IMG/VR virus record: IMGVR_UViG_3300033984_000473
Coordinates: 91,393-155,392 of that record
From: a virus
Length of the DNA stretch: 64,000 nt
Direction: 5' to 3' (one strand)
Of the stretch, positions 28,429 to 37,634 are shown piece by piece. The position numbers and the translations under genes are program-made. Every line of letters starts with the position of its first letter. Positions within the stretch are counted from its first letter, which is position 1. The notes under the pieces were generated by a model. The model searched no databases. It saw only the letters and a program-made list of their open reading frames with translations, and was not told the origin of the DNA.

Positions 28429-29119
28429 GTTTTTTCGCTATCGGTATGTTTTTTTCTATTACTAGATACTCACCACTAGTACCTATGGTATCTATAGCAA
28501 TGATTTTATCAGTGATTACTATGTTTTCTTGTGTAGTATGCCCTATTACATATGTAATATCATCAATAGTATCAGCAAATAGCGATGGAATACGTACCCA
28601 TATAGGTGATTGGGTAACATCGTTACCTGTTTGACTCATATTTGGACCGTATGCAAAGCAAAATGAGTCTAAATCAGTAGTAAATTTATCATTTATTTCC
28701 TTTTCTAGGTCATTTGTTTTGATTCCATTGCGTAAACACCATGTTTTTGTTACTCCAGCATGTGTAAAAACATATTTATCATGTTGAAAACACATTTGGA
28801 CTAGTCCAGAATCTATTGCTGGTTGTAAAACTGTGTTAATATCTAATGCTCTGTATGTATTATGACCAGAATATTTCTCTCCAGCACCTTTTAAATAGTG
28901 AAAATCATGGTTACCAAGAAGTAAAACTACTTGTTCCATGTTATTTTTCTTAAATTCTAAGATTTTTGTGAAGTTTTCTATCTGTTGGTCAGTAGTAATA
29001 TCATAATGAGTATCAAAATAGTCACCTATGAAGATAATTTTATCAGCATCCTTATTTTTTTTCACGATTTCTTCCCATAATACACGACCATGTGTATCAC
29101 CTAGTGCTACTATCTTCAT
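28424..29119 (-). CDS. Ser/Thr protein phosphatase-like metallophosphatase (lambda PPase-like)
   Basis: GDTHGR, GDYFD, GNHDFH metal-binding motifs. Confidence 0.8.
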   Translation of the reverse strand: MKIVALGDTHGRVLWEEIVKKNKDADKIIFIGDYFDTHYDITTDQQIENFTKILEFKKNNMEQVVLLLGNHDFHYLKGAGEKYSGHNTYRALDINTVLQPAIDSGLVQMCFQHDKYVFTHAGVTKTWCLRNGIKTNDLEKEINDKFTTDLDSFCFAYGPNMSQTGNDVTQSPIWVRIPSLFADTIDDITYVIGHTTQENIVITDKIIAIDTIGTSGEYLVIEKNIPIAKKL

Positions 29120-29136
29120 ATTCTATTCTTTTTATG

Positions 29137-29235
29137 TACATAGCGAGGGAATCGAACCCCCATCTCCGCAAGCGATTGGTACTGCATCTCACGATGTGCT
29201 CCCATTTCGGCACTCTACCACTGAGCTAGCTACAT
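29137..29235 (-). tRNA. tRNA-like gene, 99 nt, with an expanded central region
   Basis: Minus-strand read: acceptor ATGTAGC/GCTATGT (2 G-U pairs), D-arm GCTC-AGTGGTA-GAGT, T-arm GGGGG-TTCGATT-CCCTC. There are 50 nt between the D- and T-arms, containing GTGC..GCAC and CATC-GTGA-GATG hairpins. No canonical anticodon arm found by eye. Confidence 0.5.
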
Positions 29236-29342
29236 ATTCGGTTATACTATATGGTGGTCTATCACCTTAGCCTTTCGCTAAAACTGTTAATGTGTGCCTC
29301 ACTGGACTACTCAACCAATGTCGCTTTAATAGTATAACCTAG

Positions 29343-29413
29343 AAACTCATACTGGATTCGAACCAGTGTCTGCGGGCTCCACGCCCCCCGTGGTTCCACT
29401 CCACTAATGAATC
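29343..29413 (-). tRNA. tRNA, 71 nt, possibly Pro (UGG)
   Basis: Acceptor GATTCAT/ATGAGTT, D-arm GTGG-AGTGGAA-CCAC, T-arm ACTGG-TTCGAAT-CCAGT. Anticodon stem GGGGG/CCCGC has one mismatch; loop CGTGGAG. Confidence 0.6.
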
Positions 29414-29510
29414 AACTATCACCATGTCGCTCGGCAAAGCTAAACGTAATAGAAAGGATTATAACCGTCTGAAAGTTTGCCGACCTTCATGTTGCTATTC
29501 CCCAATTTTG

Positions 29511-29610
29511 TGCGAGAGGGTGGATTCGAACCACCGACACCTAGTCCCTAGTTGTTCCCTTGTACTTTGGGCTAAAGACCTTAGCGTTTACCAACTTCGC
29601 CACTCTCGCA
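29511..29610 (-). tRNA. tRNA-like gene, ~100 nt (type-II-like length)
   Basis: Perfect acceptor GCGAGAG/CTCTCGC, T-arm GGTGG-TTCGAAT-CCACC, 3-bp D-stem. The ~48-nt central region has no obvious 5-7-5 anticodon arm. Confidence 0.5.
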
Positions 29611-29722
29611 GTTTCTAGTCTTTCCCAGTGTCAACCATTGCAGTATGAAGAGTGCACATCGTCATTGCCAATTACCATAGTTTGTATACAGTGACCATAG
29701 GGCTTAACCGTTGGATTTCTTG

Positions 29723-29796
29723 TGGAAGTAACGGGACTCTAACCCGTGTTCTCGCAGCTACAGCCGCTTTATACTATACTATTGTACTATACTCCC
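29723..29796 (-). tRNA. tRNA-like gene, 74 nt, G3-U70 acceptor, anticodon arm replaced by a 5-bp stem plus tetraloop
   Basis: Acceptor GGGAGTA/TACTTCC (G3.U70), D-arm GTAC-AATAGTATA-GTAT, T-arm ACGGG-TTAGAGT-CCCGT. Central region GCGGC-TGTA-GCTGC; no 7-nt anticodon loop possible. Confidence 0.5.
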
Positions 29797-30034
29797 ATTT
29801 GATTACTACCAGCAACGAGTAACATATATCCGAATCATTAGCATCACGGAGCGTCTTTCTTTGTTACCCTACTCTCGGTGTCGCTAACGCCTCATGTCAA
29901 GTAGTAATCTTCGTCTTTCCGAATTGTCAAGATATTTTCAGACACATTGTCCAAGACTGCTTCTCAATCAGCTAAGCACCTTATACGTCAGAGGATTACG
30001 CTTAGATTTACCTCTCGAACAGGCTTCGTGGTTA

Positions 30035-30232
30035 GAACAGGAATCGAACCTGTGTGTAATTATAGTCGCTTAGTCGACACCATTTGACTGGGACATAAGG
30101 TTTTATTATTATTACGACTTTTATTGGGTTGATGAATGTTACACCTGTTTACACGACTTGTCCACTAACTCATCTCATCGGCAACCCATTACTTAACCTT
30201 GTTAATTAGCAATTCCATTCTGCCATCTAACC
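30035..30232 (-). ncRNA. candidate structured RNA with tRNA-like termini (~200 nt)
   Basis: 3' end has T-arm ACAGG-TTCGATT-CCTGT plus TCTAACC. The complementary GGTTAGA, followed by a D-arm-like GCAG-AATGGAA-TTGC, lies ~180 nt upstream. Could be an intron-containing or otherwise atypical tRNA. Confidence 0.3.
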
Positions 30233-30421
30233 ATTTGGGTGCTACCTTTAGCATCGGTCAACACACCCTCATGTTATTTTTGTTTCTGTATTAGGCTAGG
30301 AAACTCCTTTCTTTGGAAATAAGCCGTACTTTAATATGGTTTAACTTTTAACACCTCTATTTTGCAACCAGTTTCATAACTATCCAAACTGTTCTCCATA
30401 GTGGAGTACCAAAGCGACTTG

Positions 30422-30575
30422 TGGTAAGGATGGGACTCGAACCCACAATCTCTGGCTTATGACCACCAGCGAATACTTTTCTTTCTAATGCTAGGAACCT
30501 TGTTATCGGGTTACGTACCCCTCAAATTAAAAACTAAAATTTCAAACAAAAGAACTTCCAATCATTCTTCCTTAC
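30422..30575 (-). ncRNA. candidate structured RNA with tRNA-like termini (~150 nt)
   Basis: T-arm GTGGG-TTCGAGT-CCCAT plus CCTTACC at the 3' end; 6/7 complementary 5' strand with a D-arm-like AGAA..TTCT hairpin near 30540-30575; hairpin CTGG-N10-CCAG precedes the T-arm. Confidence 0.3.
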
Positions 30576-30749
30576 GAACGGTTTTGTTTAAGAACTTTTC
30601 CTCATAGCACCATGACAATTCATGGGTATTAAAACCGCCAAACTGGGGGTTAGCTATAAGTAAAAGCCATGTGATTAATTAGGACACCATTTCTGGGATA
30701 TCATTCTACTTTCTTTCAACCACATATTTAACTTAGTAGATAAGGCAAG

Positions 30750-30840
30750 ATTTGAACTTGCACCGCCAAGCTAGCCACGCTCGGATTGAGTGTTTAACGA
30801 GCTATCCCCAATTGCTCCAAGCCGTTATGTGTCTACTAAT
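30750..30840 (-). ncRNA. tRNA-like T-arm element; termini unresolved
   Basis: Perfect T-arm GCAAG-TTCAAAT-CTTGC on the minus strand; adjacent GCTCG-N14-CGAGC hairpin; acceptor pairing imperfect. Confidence 0.3.
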
Positions 30841-31235
30841 TTAAGATTCTCCCAGAACCACCACTTCTAATGAAGTCAGCTTAGCTTTTCCACCACTTAT
30901 CTAATTCTTGTCACCTATACAAATCGGTGAGTAGCGTACATGCACGAGAATGGAAGCATCTGCTCATCTCTTTAGGAACTTGTACTCCCTACTATTTACG
31001 GCATAGTTGCCAGTGCTACCTCTTAATTAACATACGTCATTTGTATTTGACTAATAGTGGATAGACATACCAAGTCTAATTGGTTTTGATTACACTCTCA
31101 GCCGCTAAGCTTTGTGTCACTTGCCAGACCTTACTGGCATTATTAGTGGTCCCACTATCTGTTAACCTCGAACAAAAAAAATCATCATGTGCAGAATCCC
31201 ACTGCAAGTGCCAGTTCATAAACTGACTAAATTAG

Positions 31236-31329
31236 CGTGGAGAAGAGAGGATTCGAACCTCTACAAGCCGCTAAGCTATCAGCCATGACCTTCCTTGGGA
31301 CTCGAACCCAACTTCCATCCAAAGCTTCT
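31236..31329 (-). tRNA. tRNA-like gene, 94 nt, with two T-arm-like hairpins
   Basis: Perfect acceptor GGAGAAG/CTTCTCC and T-arm AGAGG-TTCGAAT-CCTCT; an internal second hairpin TTGGG-TTCGAGT-CCCAA. Shares the motif agccgctaagct with a copy near 31100. Confidence 0.5.
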
Positions 31330-31517
31330 CCAGTAATTACACATCCATCAAGATTGGGATTCCGAAGTAAGTAACTTAATCCTACCAGTTAATCATACTC
31401 AACAACCATATTACTTCTTGTAGTAAACGCAATTTCTATACTAGCTTGCACAAAATCTAGTTATTTAACGTGCTTTATAGAATCTACTTGTTTGTCTTTC
31501 TATGCGTAATTATAATA

Positions 31518-31550
31518 CAAAGGTACTACCTTTTTATTTGATATGCAAGT
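31518..31550 (-). promoter_or_regulatory. promoter (-33 CTTG / -7 TACCTTTG) for the SPFH gene
   Basis: Conserved element aatacaaaggtactacctttttatttgatatgcaag. Confidence 0.55.
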
Positions 31551-31559
31551 TTTTTGCAA

Positions 31560-32411
31560 TTAATTTCTATTCAAAAGAATATTTGATGAAGAACCGAATA
31601 CGTTGTTTGAACCGTATGGTGATTTACCCTTTTCTGCCCAAATTCTTTCAGTTTCTGCTCTATATAATTCTAACAACTTAGGTTGTGATAAAATCTCTTT
31701 CGTTTTAGCATCGTAGATAGCCGCTTCATAGTTACCTTTAGCCAAAGCTACTTTCTTCAAAGCTGTTTGTTCTGCTTGTACAGTTTGTGATTTAATCGTA
31801 GCCGTTTCTTGCAATACCGCAATCTTTCTTTCAATCGCTTGTTTATAAGATGGTGGCAATGCCATTTTCAAGATAGCAATATTGGTCAAGGTGAAACCTT
31901 CTTTCTCCAAAGATGCTGATAATGTTTTAGTTACATTTGCTTCATAAACATTTCTATGTTGTAATAAGCTATCAGATGCAAACATAGTAGCGTTGTCTAA
32001 TAATTCTTTTCTAACAATTGTTCTAACTCTCGTATTAATTAAATCTTCCATCCCAACTCTATACTTGATGAATAAATCAGATGCTTTTGCTCTCTGTAAT
32101 TGTAAGTTAACCGCTACATCTAATCCGAATGTTGCTCCATCTGCTGATGTTACATCAATATGTTCATCTGTTGGTGAATCTTCATCTACTGCTGATGTCC
32201 AAACCTTGTGTTGAACTGATGTTGGATACATAAACACGTCTTGTGTTGGTGGGAAATAAAAGATAAAACCAGAAGCCATTTCAATATTCGGAACCCCTTT
32301 GTCATTCCCAATCTGGTCAACGACCAATGCAACTTCTGCTGAGTCTGCTGTTGTACACGATGTAACACTCATTAATAATACCAACGATAATAATCCTAAT
32401 AGTTTTTTCAT
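31560..32411 (-). CDS. SPFH/band-7 domain lipoprotein
   Basis: Signal peptide with lipobox (LLMSVTSC); SPFH-like IAILKMALPPSYKQAIERKIAVLQETA...ALKKVALAKGNYEAAIYDAKTKE. Confidence 0.65.
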   Translation of the reverse strand: MKKLLGLLSLVLLMSVTSCTTADSAEVALVVDQIGNDKGVPNIEMASGFIFYFPPTQDVFMYPTSVQHKVWTSAVDEDSPTDEHIDVTSADGATFGLDVAVNLQLQRAKASDLFIKYRVGMEDLINTRVRTIVRKELLDNATMFASDSLLQHRNVYEANVTKTLSASLEKEGFTLTNIAILKMALPPSYKQAIERKIAVLQETATIKSQTVQAEQTALKKVALAKGNYEAAIYDAKTKEILSQPKLLELYRAETERIWAEKGKSPYGSNNVFGSSSNILLNRN

Positions 32412-32412
32412 T

Positions 32413-32652
32413 TTACTTTTTTGTTTTTGTTTTTGTTTTTAAATTTAGTTTGAAATTTGTGAATACTTTTGTTTTAATGATAACAATCACTAACGTTACC
32501 AATCCGATAATTCCAGTAATGTTTAGTAATGTATTTGCTTTGCTTATTAATGGTAGCAAATTCATAATAGCGATTAAGCTTAGAAATATACCTAACGGTA
32601 TCGTGTAATAGTTTTTCATATTGTTTGTTTTTATTATAATACAAAGGTACAA
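32413..32652 (-). CDS. small membrane protein (79 aa)
   Basis: Two hydrophobic helices; KTKTKTKK tail. Confidence 0.4.
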   Translation of the reverse strand: MYLCIIIKTNNMKNYYTIPLGIFLSLIAIMNLLPLISKANTLLNITGIIGLVTLVIVIIKTKVFTNFKLNLKTKTKTKK

Positions 32653-32664
32653 CCTTTTTTTTTA

Positions 32665-33711
32665 TTATGCAAGTATTTTTTCTAAAATTTCTTCTTTTTT
32701 ATAATCTTTTTCTAAAGACTTGGCAAAGAATACTTTATCAGTAGTCATACCTTCTGTTAATTCAGCTAATTCTATGTTACCATCTAGTATTTCTAGACGT
32801 TTTGCGTAGGATGGGCCAGTTATTTCCCTAACGAACTTCATTCTAGACGGTCTATTCTTGATTGAATCATCGATTTTTTCGATATCATTACATGACATAA
32901 CGAACAAAACCTTGTTATACTCATTGTAAACTCCATCTAAGATACTTAATATAACGTCAAACGTAAATTTTACTTCATTATTCTTCATCAAACATGTTCT
33001 TTTATCGAAATAGTTATCAAAATCTTCAAATAATACGATACAATTCTCTGGTACATCGTTAAACATCACCAATATATCCAAGTTATTATACTCTGGGTTA
33101 AGATAAATCGAATATATCGGTAAATTATACTTAAGAGAGAAGTATTTTACTAGTCTAGTCTTACCAGTTCCAGGAACACCATGTAATAAAGCACTTGTTT
33201 TACCACCGTTTTTTAGCATATTGACAACATCATTCTCTATATCACTATATTGTTCGTTATCTATATACACTTTAGGTACTTCTCTAGTATATATCTGCCC
33301 TAACTTATCTGACCCCCATGGTGTCAACGCCATAACATTGACATGTTCCTCGTTGTTGACTATAGAGTGTATGAATTTCTCTACCTTATCTCTATGCCAT
33401 CTTAAAAAATATAGCTCAGATATGATTTCTTTGGACTGCCAACCAGCTGTAAGCAAACGCTCACTTCTAGAAAACAAAACTGGAATACCATTTACGATAG
33501 CAAAAGCCGAATAAGTAGATGGGTATTTTTTGTTAACAGTAATCTCGTTAACCAACTCAAACTTATATTTCGCACCTTTAACCAATGGTATTATCAACTT
33601 GCTCAAATTGTTATCAAGTCTTGTATTTTGTGACACAAGATATTTCATTGCAGCCCAAATAGAAACCAATACACTTAATAAAACTCCAAATATTCCTAAT
33701 AATCCTGTCAT
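32665..33711 (-). CDS. membrane-anchored AAA+ ATPase
   Basis: N-terminal TM helix; Walker A LHGVPGTGKT; Walker B VLFEDFD; NRPSR sensor-like. Confidence 0.75.
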   Translation of the reverse strand: MTGLLGIFGVLLSVLVSIWAAMKYLVSQNTRLDNNLSKLIIPLVKGAKYKFELVNEITVNKKYPSTYSAFAIVNGIPVLFSRSERLLTAGWQSKEIISELYFLRWHRDKVEKFIHSIVNNEEHVNVMALTPWGSDKLGQIYTREVPKVYIDNEQYSDIENDVVNMLKNGGKTSALLHGVPGTGKTRLVKYFSLKYNLPIYSIYLNPEYNNLDILVMFNDVPENCIVLFEDFDNYFDKRTCLMKNNEVKFTFDVILSILDGVYNEYNKVLFVMSCNDIEKIDDSIKNRPSRMKFVREITGPSYAKRLEILDGNIELAELTEGMTTDKVFFAKSLEKDYKKEEILEKILA

Positions 33712-33712
33712 A

Positions 33713-33943
33713 TTAGCATCTTAATGTTACTCCATCACTATCTTTACTCGGAAACGATGGTGCTGAATGTGTTTGGTTTAATTCTAATTGATGTTCTGGA
33801 CCACCCATGCTTGGGTCAATCTCATGCTTGAATACAAGATTCAAGTGTCTTTTAATCATTTCGGTTTCCACCTTCCCAATTTGAACTGGGTCTGAAACTT
33901 CGAAGTATCCTTGAAGCCAGAATGCAAAATCTCTGCTTGTCAT
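33713..33943 (-). CDS. hypothetical protein (76 aa)
   Basis: ORF in gene train. Confidence 0.45.
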   Translation of the reverse strand: MTSRDFAFWLQGYFEVSDPVQIGKVETEMIKRHLNLVFKHEIDPSMGGPEHQLELNQTHSAPSFPSKDSDGVTLRC

Positions 33944-34056
33944 AGTTATTGTTTTATATAGTTTTCATTTGAATCCAACACATACTCAATTAGAGTACCG
34001 CTATTTTTAATAATAAAGTTGGTTTTCTAGCGTATGGTCCTAAGTTATGTGCAAGG

Positions 34057-34239
34057 CTACTCCCCGACATAAGTCCACTTGAAATATAGGTTTACATAAT
34101 CAAGTCCTGGTGCTACCGTAACATTATCTAAATACATATCCGATACGTCTCCAGCGTTCTTTTCAGTTTCTTGCGTAAACACTATATCATAATGCTCTGG
34201 AAACTCTTCTAAAATTGCTAATAATTCTTTCTTTGTCAT
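34057..34239 (-). CDS. small hypothetical protein (60 aa)
   Basis: Short ORF. Confidence 0.35.
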   Translation of the reverse strand: MTKKELLAILEEFPEHYDIVFTQETEKNAGDVSDMYLDNVTVAPGLDYVNLYFKWTYVGE

Positions 34240-34369
34240 TTTGTTTTTAAATTTAATTCAGTGCTGATAATCCGCCCAGCACATAACAGCGGTTTTGCGT
34301 CAGTCTTTCTATTATAGTCATTCCAGAATGTATCATCTGGATTATAACTTGGATATTTATTACTCATTG

Positions 34370-34675
34370 TTAACCAAATTTAGGTTCTTGATGAACCACG
34401 TTAATATTTGGTTTTGTTTTTTTGACTGGCTTCTCGTAGTTTGGTAAGTAATCACCAAATTCTCTAAGCATATTTACCTTAGCTATGTAATGATATTTTA
34501 TTTCAACATCAAAGTCTTTAGCTAGGATATTCCAAGCTGTACCTTTTGTCATACCTTTATTAACCTTGCTAACTTTGGTCCAATCAGTAATATTACATTT
34601 AGCGTTGTTAAACATTAAAAGTAATTCTTGATTTGATACCATCATCCCAAGTCTTATCGCTTCAGACTTATTCAT
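34370..34675 (-). CDS. hypothetical protein (101 aa)
   Basis: ORF in gene train. Confidence 0.45.
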   Translation of the reverse strand: MNKSEAIRLGMMVSNQELLLMFNNAKCNITDWTKVSKVNKGMTKGTAWNILAKDFDVEIKYHYIAKVNMLREFGDYLPNYEKPVKKTKPNINVVHQEPKFG

Positions 34676-34678
34676 TAT

Positions 34679-35182
34679 TTAACTATTTAATATTTTAACA
34701 ATATTTTTAGCTTTTGCGAAGTCATCAATACCCAATTCTTTAAGAACCAAATAAGCTTTGAAGTCTTCATCAGAGTAATTTTCAATACCTTGAGTTTCCA
34801 TAAATTCAAGTTTTGTTTTCAACAAATTATTCTTGATGTTTAAATCAGAAATTTCTTCTTCGTTTTCAATGATTTGATTTTTCAAGTCTTCCGAAGTTGA
34901 TAATTGTGCCTTTAATTCGTACTCATACACCCAACCATCACCATTATAATCTTTACCATCTCTATGAGTCATAGATACTCGGTAAGAAGTTGTGTGTGAG
35001 TTATCAACACCAGTAACCTTAACTATAAATTTACTCATAGAAGTTCTTTCCGTACCACTAAAGTTAGACGTTGCGTATCCTTCTGGTGTTTTTAGAATCT
35101 CATAAGATTCACCAATTTTAATTTTGTTTTTTCCCATTTTTTGTTTGATTATAAACGTTATTATTTTTATTAATTCCCTCAT
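34679..35182 (-). CDS. hypothetical protein (167 aa)
   Basis: ORF in gene train. Confidence 0.5.
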   Translation of the reverse strand: MRELIKIITFIIKQKMGKNKIKIGESYEILKTPEGYATSNFSGTERTSMSKFIVKVTGVDNSHTTSYRVSMTHRDGKDYNGDGWVYEYELKAQLSTSEDLKNQIIENEEEISDLNIKNNLLKTKLEFMETQGIENYSDEDFKAYLVLKELGIDDFAKAKNIVKILNS

Positions 35183-35184
35183 TG

Positions 35185-35511
35185 TTATTCTACTTTATTT
35201 TTGTTATCTAAGATAAAGATTGCTGTGTCTTCCCAACTTTCATCATCATGAGCCATTATATATGAAATACCATCTTTCTCACCCATAAAGAATTCTTTAC
35301 CACTAGCACCCAAAGAAGATATTTGAAACGAGAAATAGTTATCCTCTAAATCTTCATCTTCTATTTGAATGTGCAATTCATCACCAACAATTTCCCATTT
35401 TTTATCTAATAAAAGCTCTAATGGTGATTCATCACAATAACCCATTATTGTTTTTAATTCTTCAATGATAGCATCTCTTTCAGCTACGTGTTTTAAAATT
35501 CTGTCTTTCAT
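35185..35511 (-). CDS. acidic hypothetical protein (108 aa)
   Basis: ORF in gene train. Confidence 0.5.
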   Translation of the reverse strand: MKDRILKHVAERDAIIEELKTIMGYCDESPLELLLDKKWEIVGDELHIQIEDEDLEDNYFSFQISSLGASGKEFFMGEKDGISYIMAHDDESWEDTAIFILDNKNKVE

Positions 35512-35512
35512 A

Positions 35513-36169
35513 TTATTCTGTTTTAGTTAATTCGATTTCTAAAGGCAAATTGCTCATTACATAGTCTAAGTTCAATACACTAGCATTCATAAACACACCG
35601 CCATCTGGGAAATCAACTCTACCATAAGCTTCATGTATGTGTCCGTGAACAAACAAAGCAAGGTTTGTCATTTCTGTTATTTTTTCTAACAAATAAGGAC
35701 AACCTGTTGATGTTCCTCTTTTGGTTAAGTCCAAATAACCTTTGGCTGGACCATGTGTAATAAGAATATTGGTATCCAATGGAATCATATCCCAGTGAGC
35801 ACAAATTTCAGTACCCTTACGATTAAATGCCCATGAATAGAACCATGGCTGAACTGGACTTCCCCAAATCTTAAACCCTTCAATCTCAACACCACTATCA
35901 TTCAAGTAGATGATGTTAGGGTATTTCGCTAACATAGCTTCTATCTCATACTCTGGTGCTTGCTCAAAGAAGAAATCGTGATTACCAGCAATAAGAATCT
36001 TGTACTTATATGGTAACTCATTATACCATGCTAAGAAAACTTCTATCTCTTGTTTGGTACCTCTACCAGAAACATCACCCGCATGGATTATACAATCACC
36101 CCCAGTCAAATACTTACTAGGGATGTGTTCGTGTTTTGAATGCGTATCGCTGATACATGTAATATTCAT
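35513..36169 (-). CDS. metallophosphoesterase (calcineurin-like, YfcE-type)
   Basis: ISDTHSKH, HAGDVSGRG, AGNHD motifs. Confidence 0.8.
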   Translation of the reverse strand: MNITCISDTHSKHEHIPSKYLTGGDCIIHAGDVSGRGTKQEIEVFLAWYNELPYKYKILIAGNHDFFFEQAPEYEIEAMLAKYPNIIYLNDSGVEIEGFKIWGSPVQPWFYSWAFNRKGTEICAHWDMIPLDTNILITHGPAKGYLDLTKRGTSTGCPYLLEKITEMTNLALFVHGHIHEAYGRVDFPDGGVFMNASVLNLDYVMSNLPLEIELTKTE

Positions 36170-37581
36170 TATGAAAAGTTTTCACTATTAGTGTTATCTT
36201 CCCATGAACCACCAGCACCGCCACCACTGAATCCACCACCACCAAATCCATCAGTAAATCTTGGGTCTTGACCCTCATTAAACCCTTGGTCATCGTTATT
36301 TAACATATCACCCAAAGCAGCACCTAAAACATCACCACCTATAGCTGTTCCTATAAGGCTTGAATCTGTGATGTAACCAATCACCATTGATTCAATGAAA
36401 GAATCATCTTGAGTTGGGTATTGTCTTCTCAAATCTCTACGTGCTTTATCCTTAAGTTCGTTGTCAAGTTTTTCTCTACGTTTAAATTCAGCTTCTCTTA
36501 AAGCCATACGTTGATTGGTATCTGGAACAATGTTGTGTTTATGTTGCACCTCTGGGTACAACTCAGTGTAACTCATATCAACTGCCTTATAGTTTTTCGT
36601 ACTACCAGTATCTTCTCTATGGTTCATGTATTGTTTAACATACTCATCATTATCAGTCACATATAAACCATTGGCATCTTTCTCAGTGATTCCTTTAGCA
36701 ATCGGTGTGAAGTCTTGAATACGTTTCAAGTATTGACGCTTAGTGACATCACCATGCCAAATGTGATATAAGTCACCTTTAACATAACCTAATCTTTGTC
36801 CAACAACTCGTCTGAATTGTTCTGACCATTCGTTAACAGCATCAATATCATCGGTAAATGATTTTGTAATACATGAGTGACCGATTTGTCCAGCAGCAGC
36901 ATGTGCCATGATATGGTCTGCACCACCGATAAGAGCTTTGTCATATAATGGCATAGCATCTACAACACTTCGTCTAGCACCCCATGCAAATCCTACGTGA
37001 CCATGACGGTCATAGTTAGAATCACTAGAGTAATCGGTTGTTGCGTAGTTGGCACCAAAGCTTCTCCACAACTTAGGATTTCTAAGTGATGGTGTTGCAA
37101 CATCTCGTCTTTCAAACTCAACGTCAAAGTCTGGTTCAGTTTGGTCTTGGTCCAAGTGAACACAATATTCAAACAATTGAACCATTCTATTGTTTTTTGG
37201 TTGCAATTGCTCAACAGCATCAACCATCCAATTAAAGTTTGTGAATTTTACATCGGCATCAATCCAAAATACATATTTGAATTCTCTAGGTAAGTTTTTC
37301 ATTACACCATTTAACAAAGCTTCTTTATGCCAAAGAGTTGTATTTGTAGATACTCTTGTAATAAACTCAGTCAAAGGTAATTGTGGTTCTGAATCACCAA
37401 TAACACATTCCACGATTCTGTGGTTAAGGTGTTTGATTGATTCATAGAAGGTATTGAAGGCTGATAACCTATAAGGATTGTTTGTTGGGTTGTAGTAACA
37501 CGCAACGATTACAGCTTCTGGATGCGATTTGTATCTGTTAGGATAGAAAAAAAGATTGTAGAGTTTCTCTAAAAATTTCAT
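36169..37581 (-). CDS. putative nucleotide-sugar glycosyltransferase (GT-A-like), Gly-rich C-terminal tail
   Basis: Rossmann-like N-terminus VIVACYYNP..., DxD-like FWIDADVKF; start moved to MKFLEKL past the promoter. Confidence 0.4.
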   Translation of the reverse strand: MKFLEKLYNLFFYPNRYKSHPEAVIVACYYNPTNNPYRLSAFNTFYESIKHLNHRIVECVIGDSEPQLPLTEFITRVSTNTTLWHKEALLNGVMKNLPREFKYVFWIDADVKFTNFNWMVDAVEQLQPKNNRMVQLFEYCVHLDQDQTEPDFDVEFERRDVATPSLRNPKLWRSFGANYATTDYSSDSNYDRHGHVGFAWGARRSVVDAMPLYDKALIGGADHIMAHAAAGQIGHSCITKSFTDDIDAVNEWSEQFRRVVGQRLGYVKGDLYHIWHGDVTKRQYLKRIQDFTPIAKGITEKDANGLYVTDNDEYVKQYMNHREDTGSTKNYKAVDMSYTELYPEVQHKHNIVPDTNQRMALREAEFKRREKLDNELKDKARRDLRRQYPTQDDSFIESMVIGYITDSSLIGTAIGGDVLGAALGDMLNNDDQGFNEGQDPRFTDGFGGGGFSGGGAGGSWEDNTNSENFS

Positions 37582-37634
37582 TTGTTTTATTTTAAGTTCA
37601 TACAAAGGTACTACTAATATTTTAAATAAACAAA

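Noticed and set aside
29028-29618. Plus-strand ORFs 29028..29270 and 29424..29618 inside the RNA block
   Set aside because: They overlap clear tRNA/T-arm structures on the opposite strand. The region is otherwise devoid of ORFs and of the promoter element. Not coding.
29120-31500. Attempt to identify a tmRNA (tag ORF ending ...AA-stop, tRNA-Ala-like acceptor) partnering the SmpB gene
   Set aside because: No convincing tag reading frame or complete tmRNA architecture found by eye. Only a G3-U70 acceptor in the 29723..29796 element. Left as a check for Infernal/ARAGORN rather than a call.
32417-32445. Simple repeat (TTTTTG)x4 to x5
   Set aside because: It is the reverse complement of the KTKTKTKK codons at the C-terminus of the small membrane protein 32413..32652. 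Not a regulatory or CRISPR-like repeat.
36169-36350. Gly-rich C-terminal tail (GFGGGGFSGGGAGGSW) of the putative glycosyltransferase, considered as a collagen-like or structural repeat
   Set aside because: Too short and irregular. Most likely a flexible low-complexity tail.
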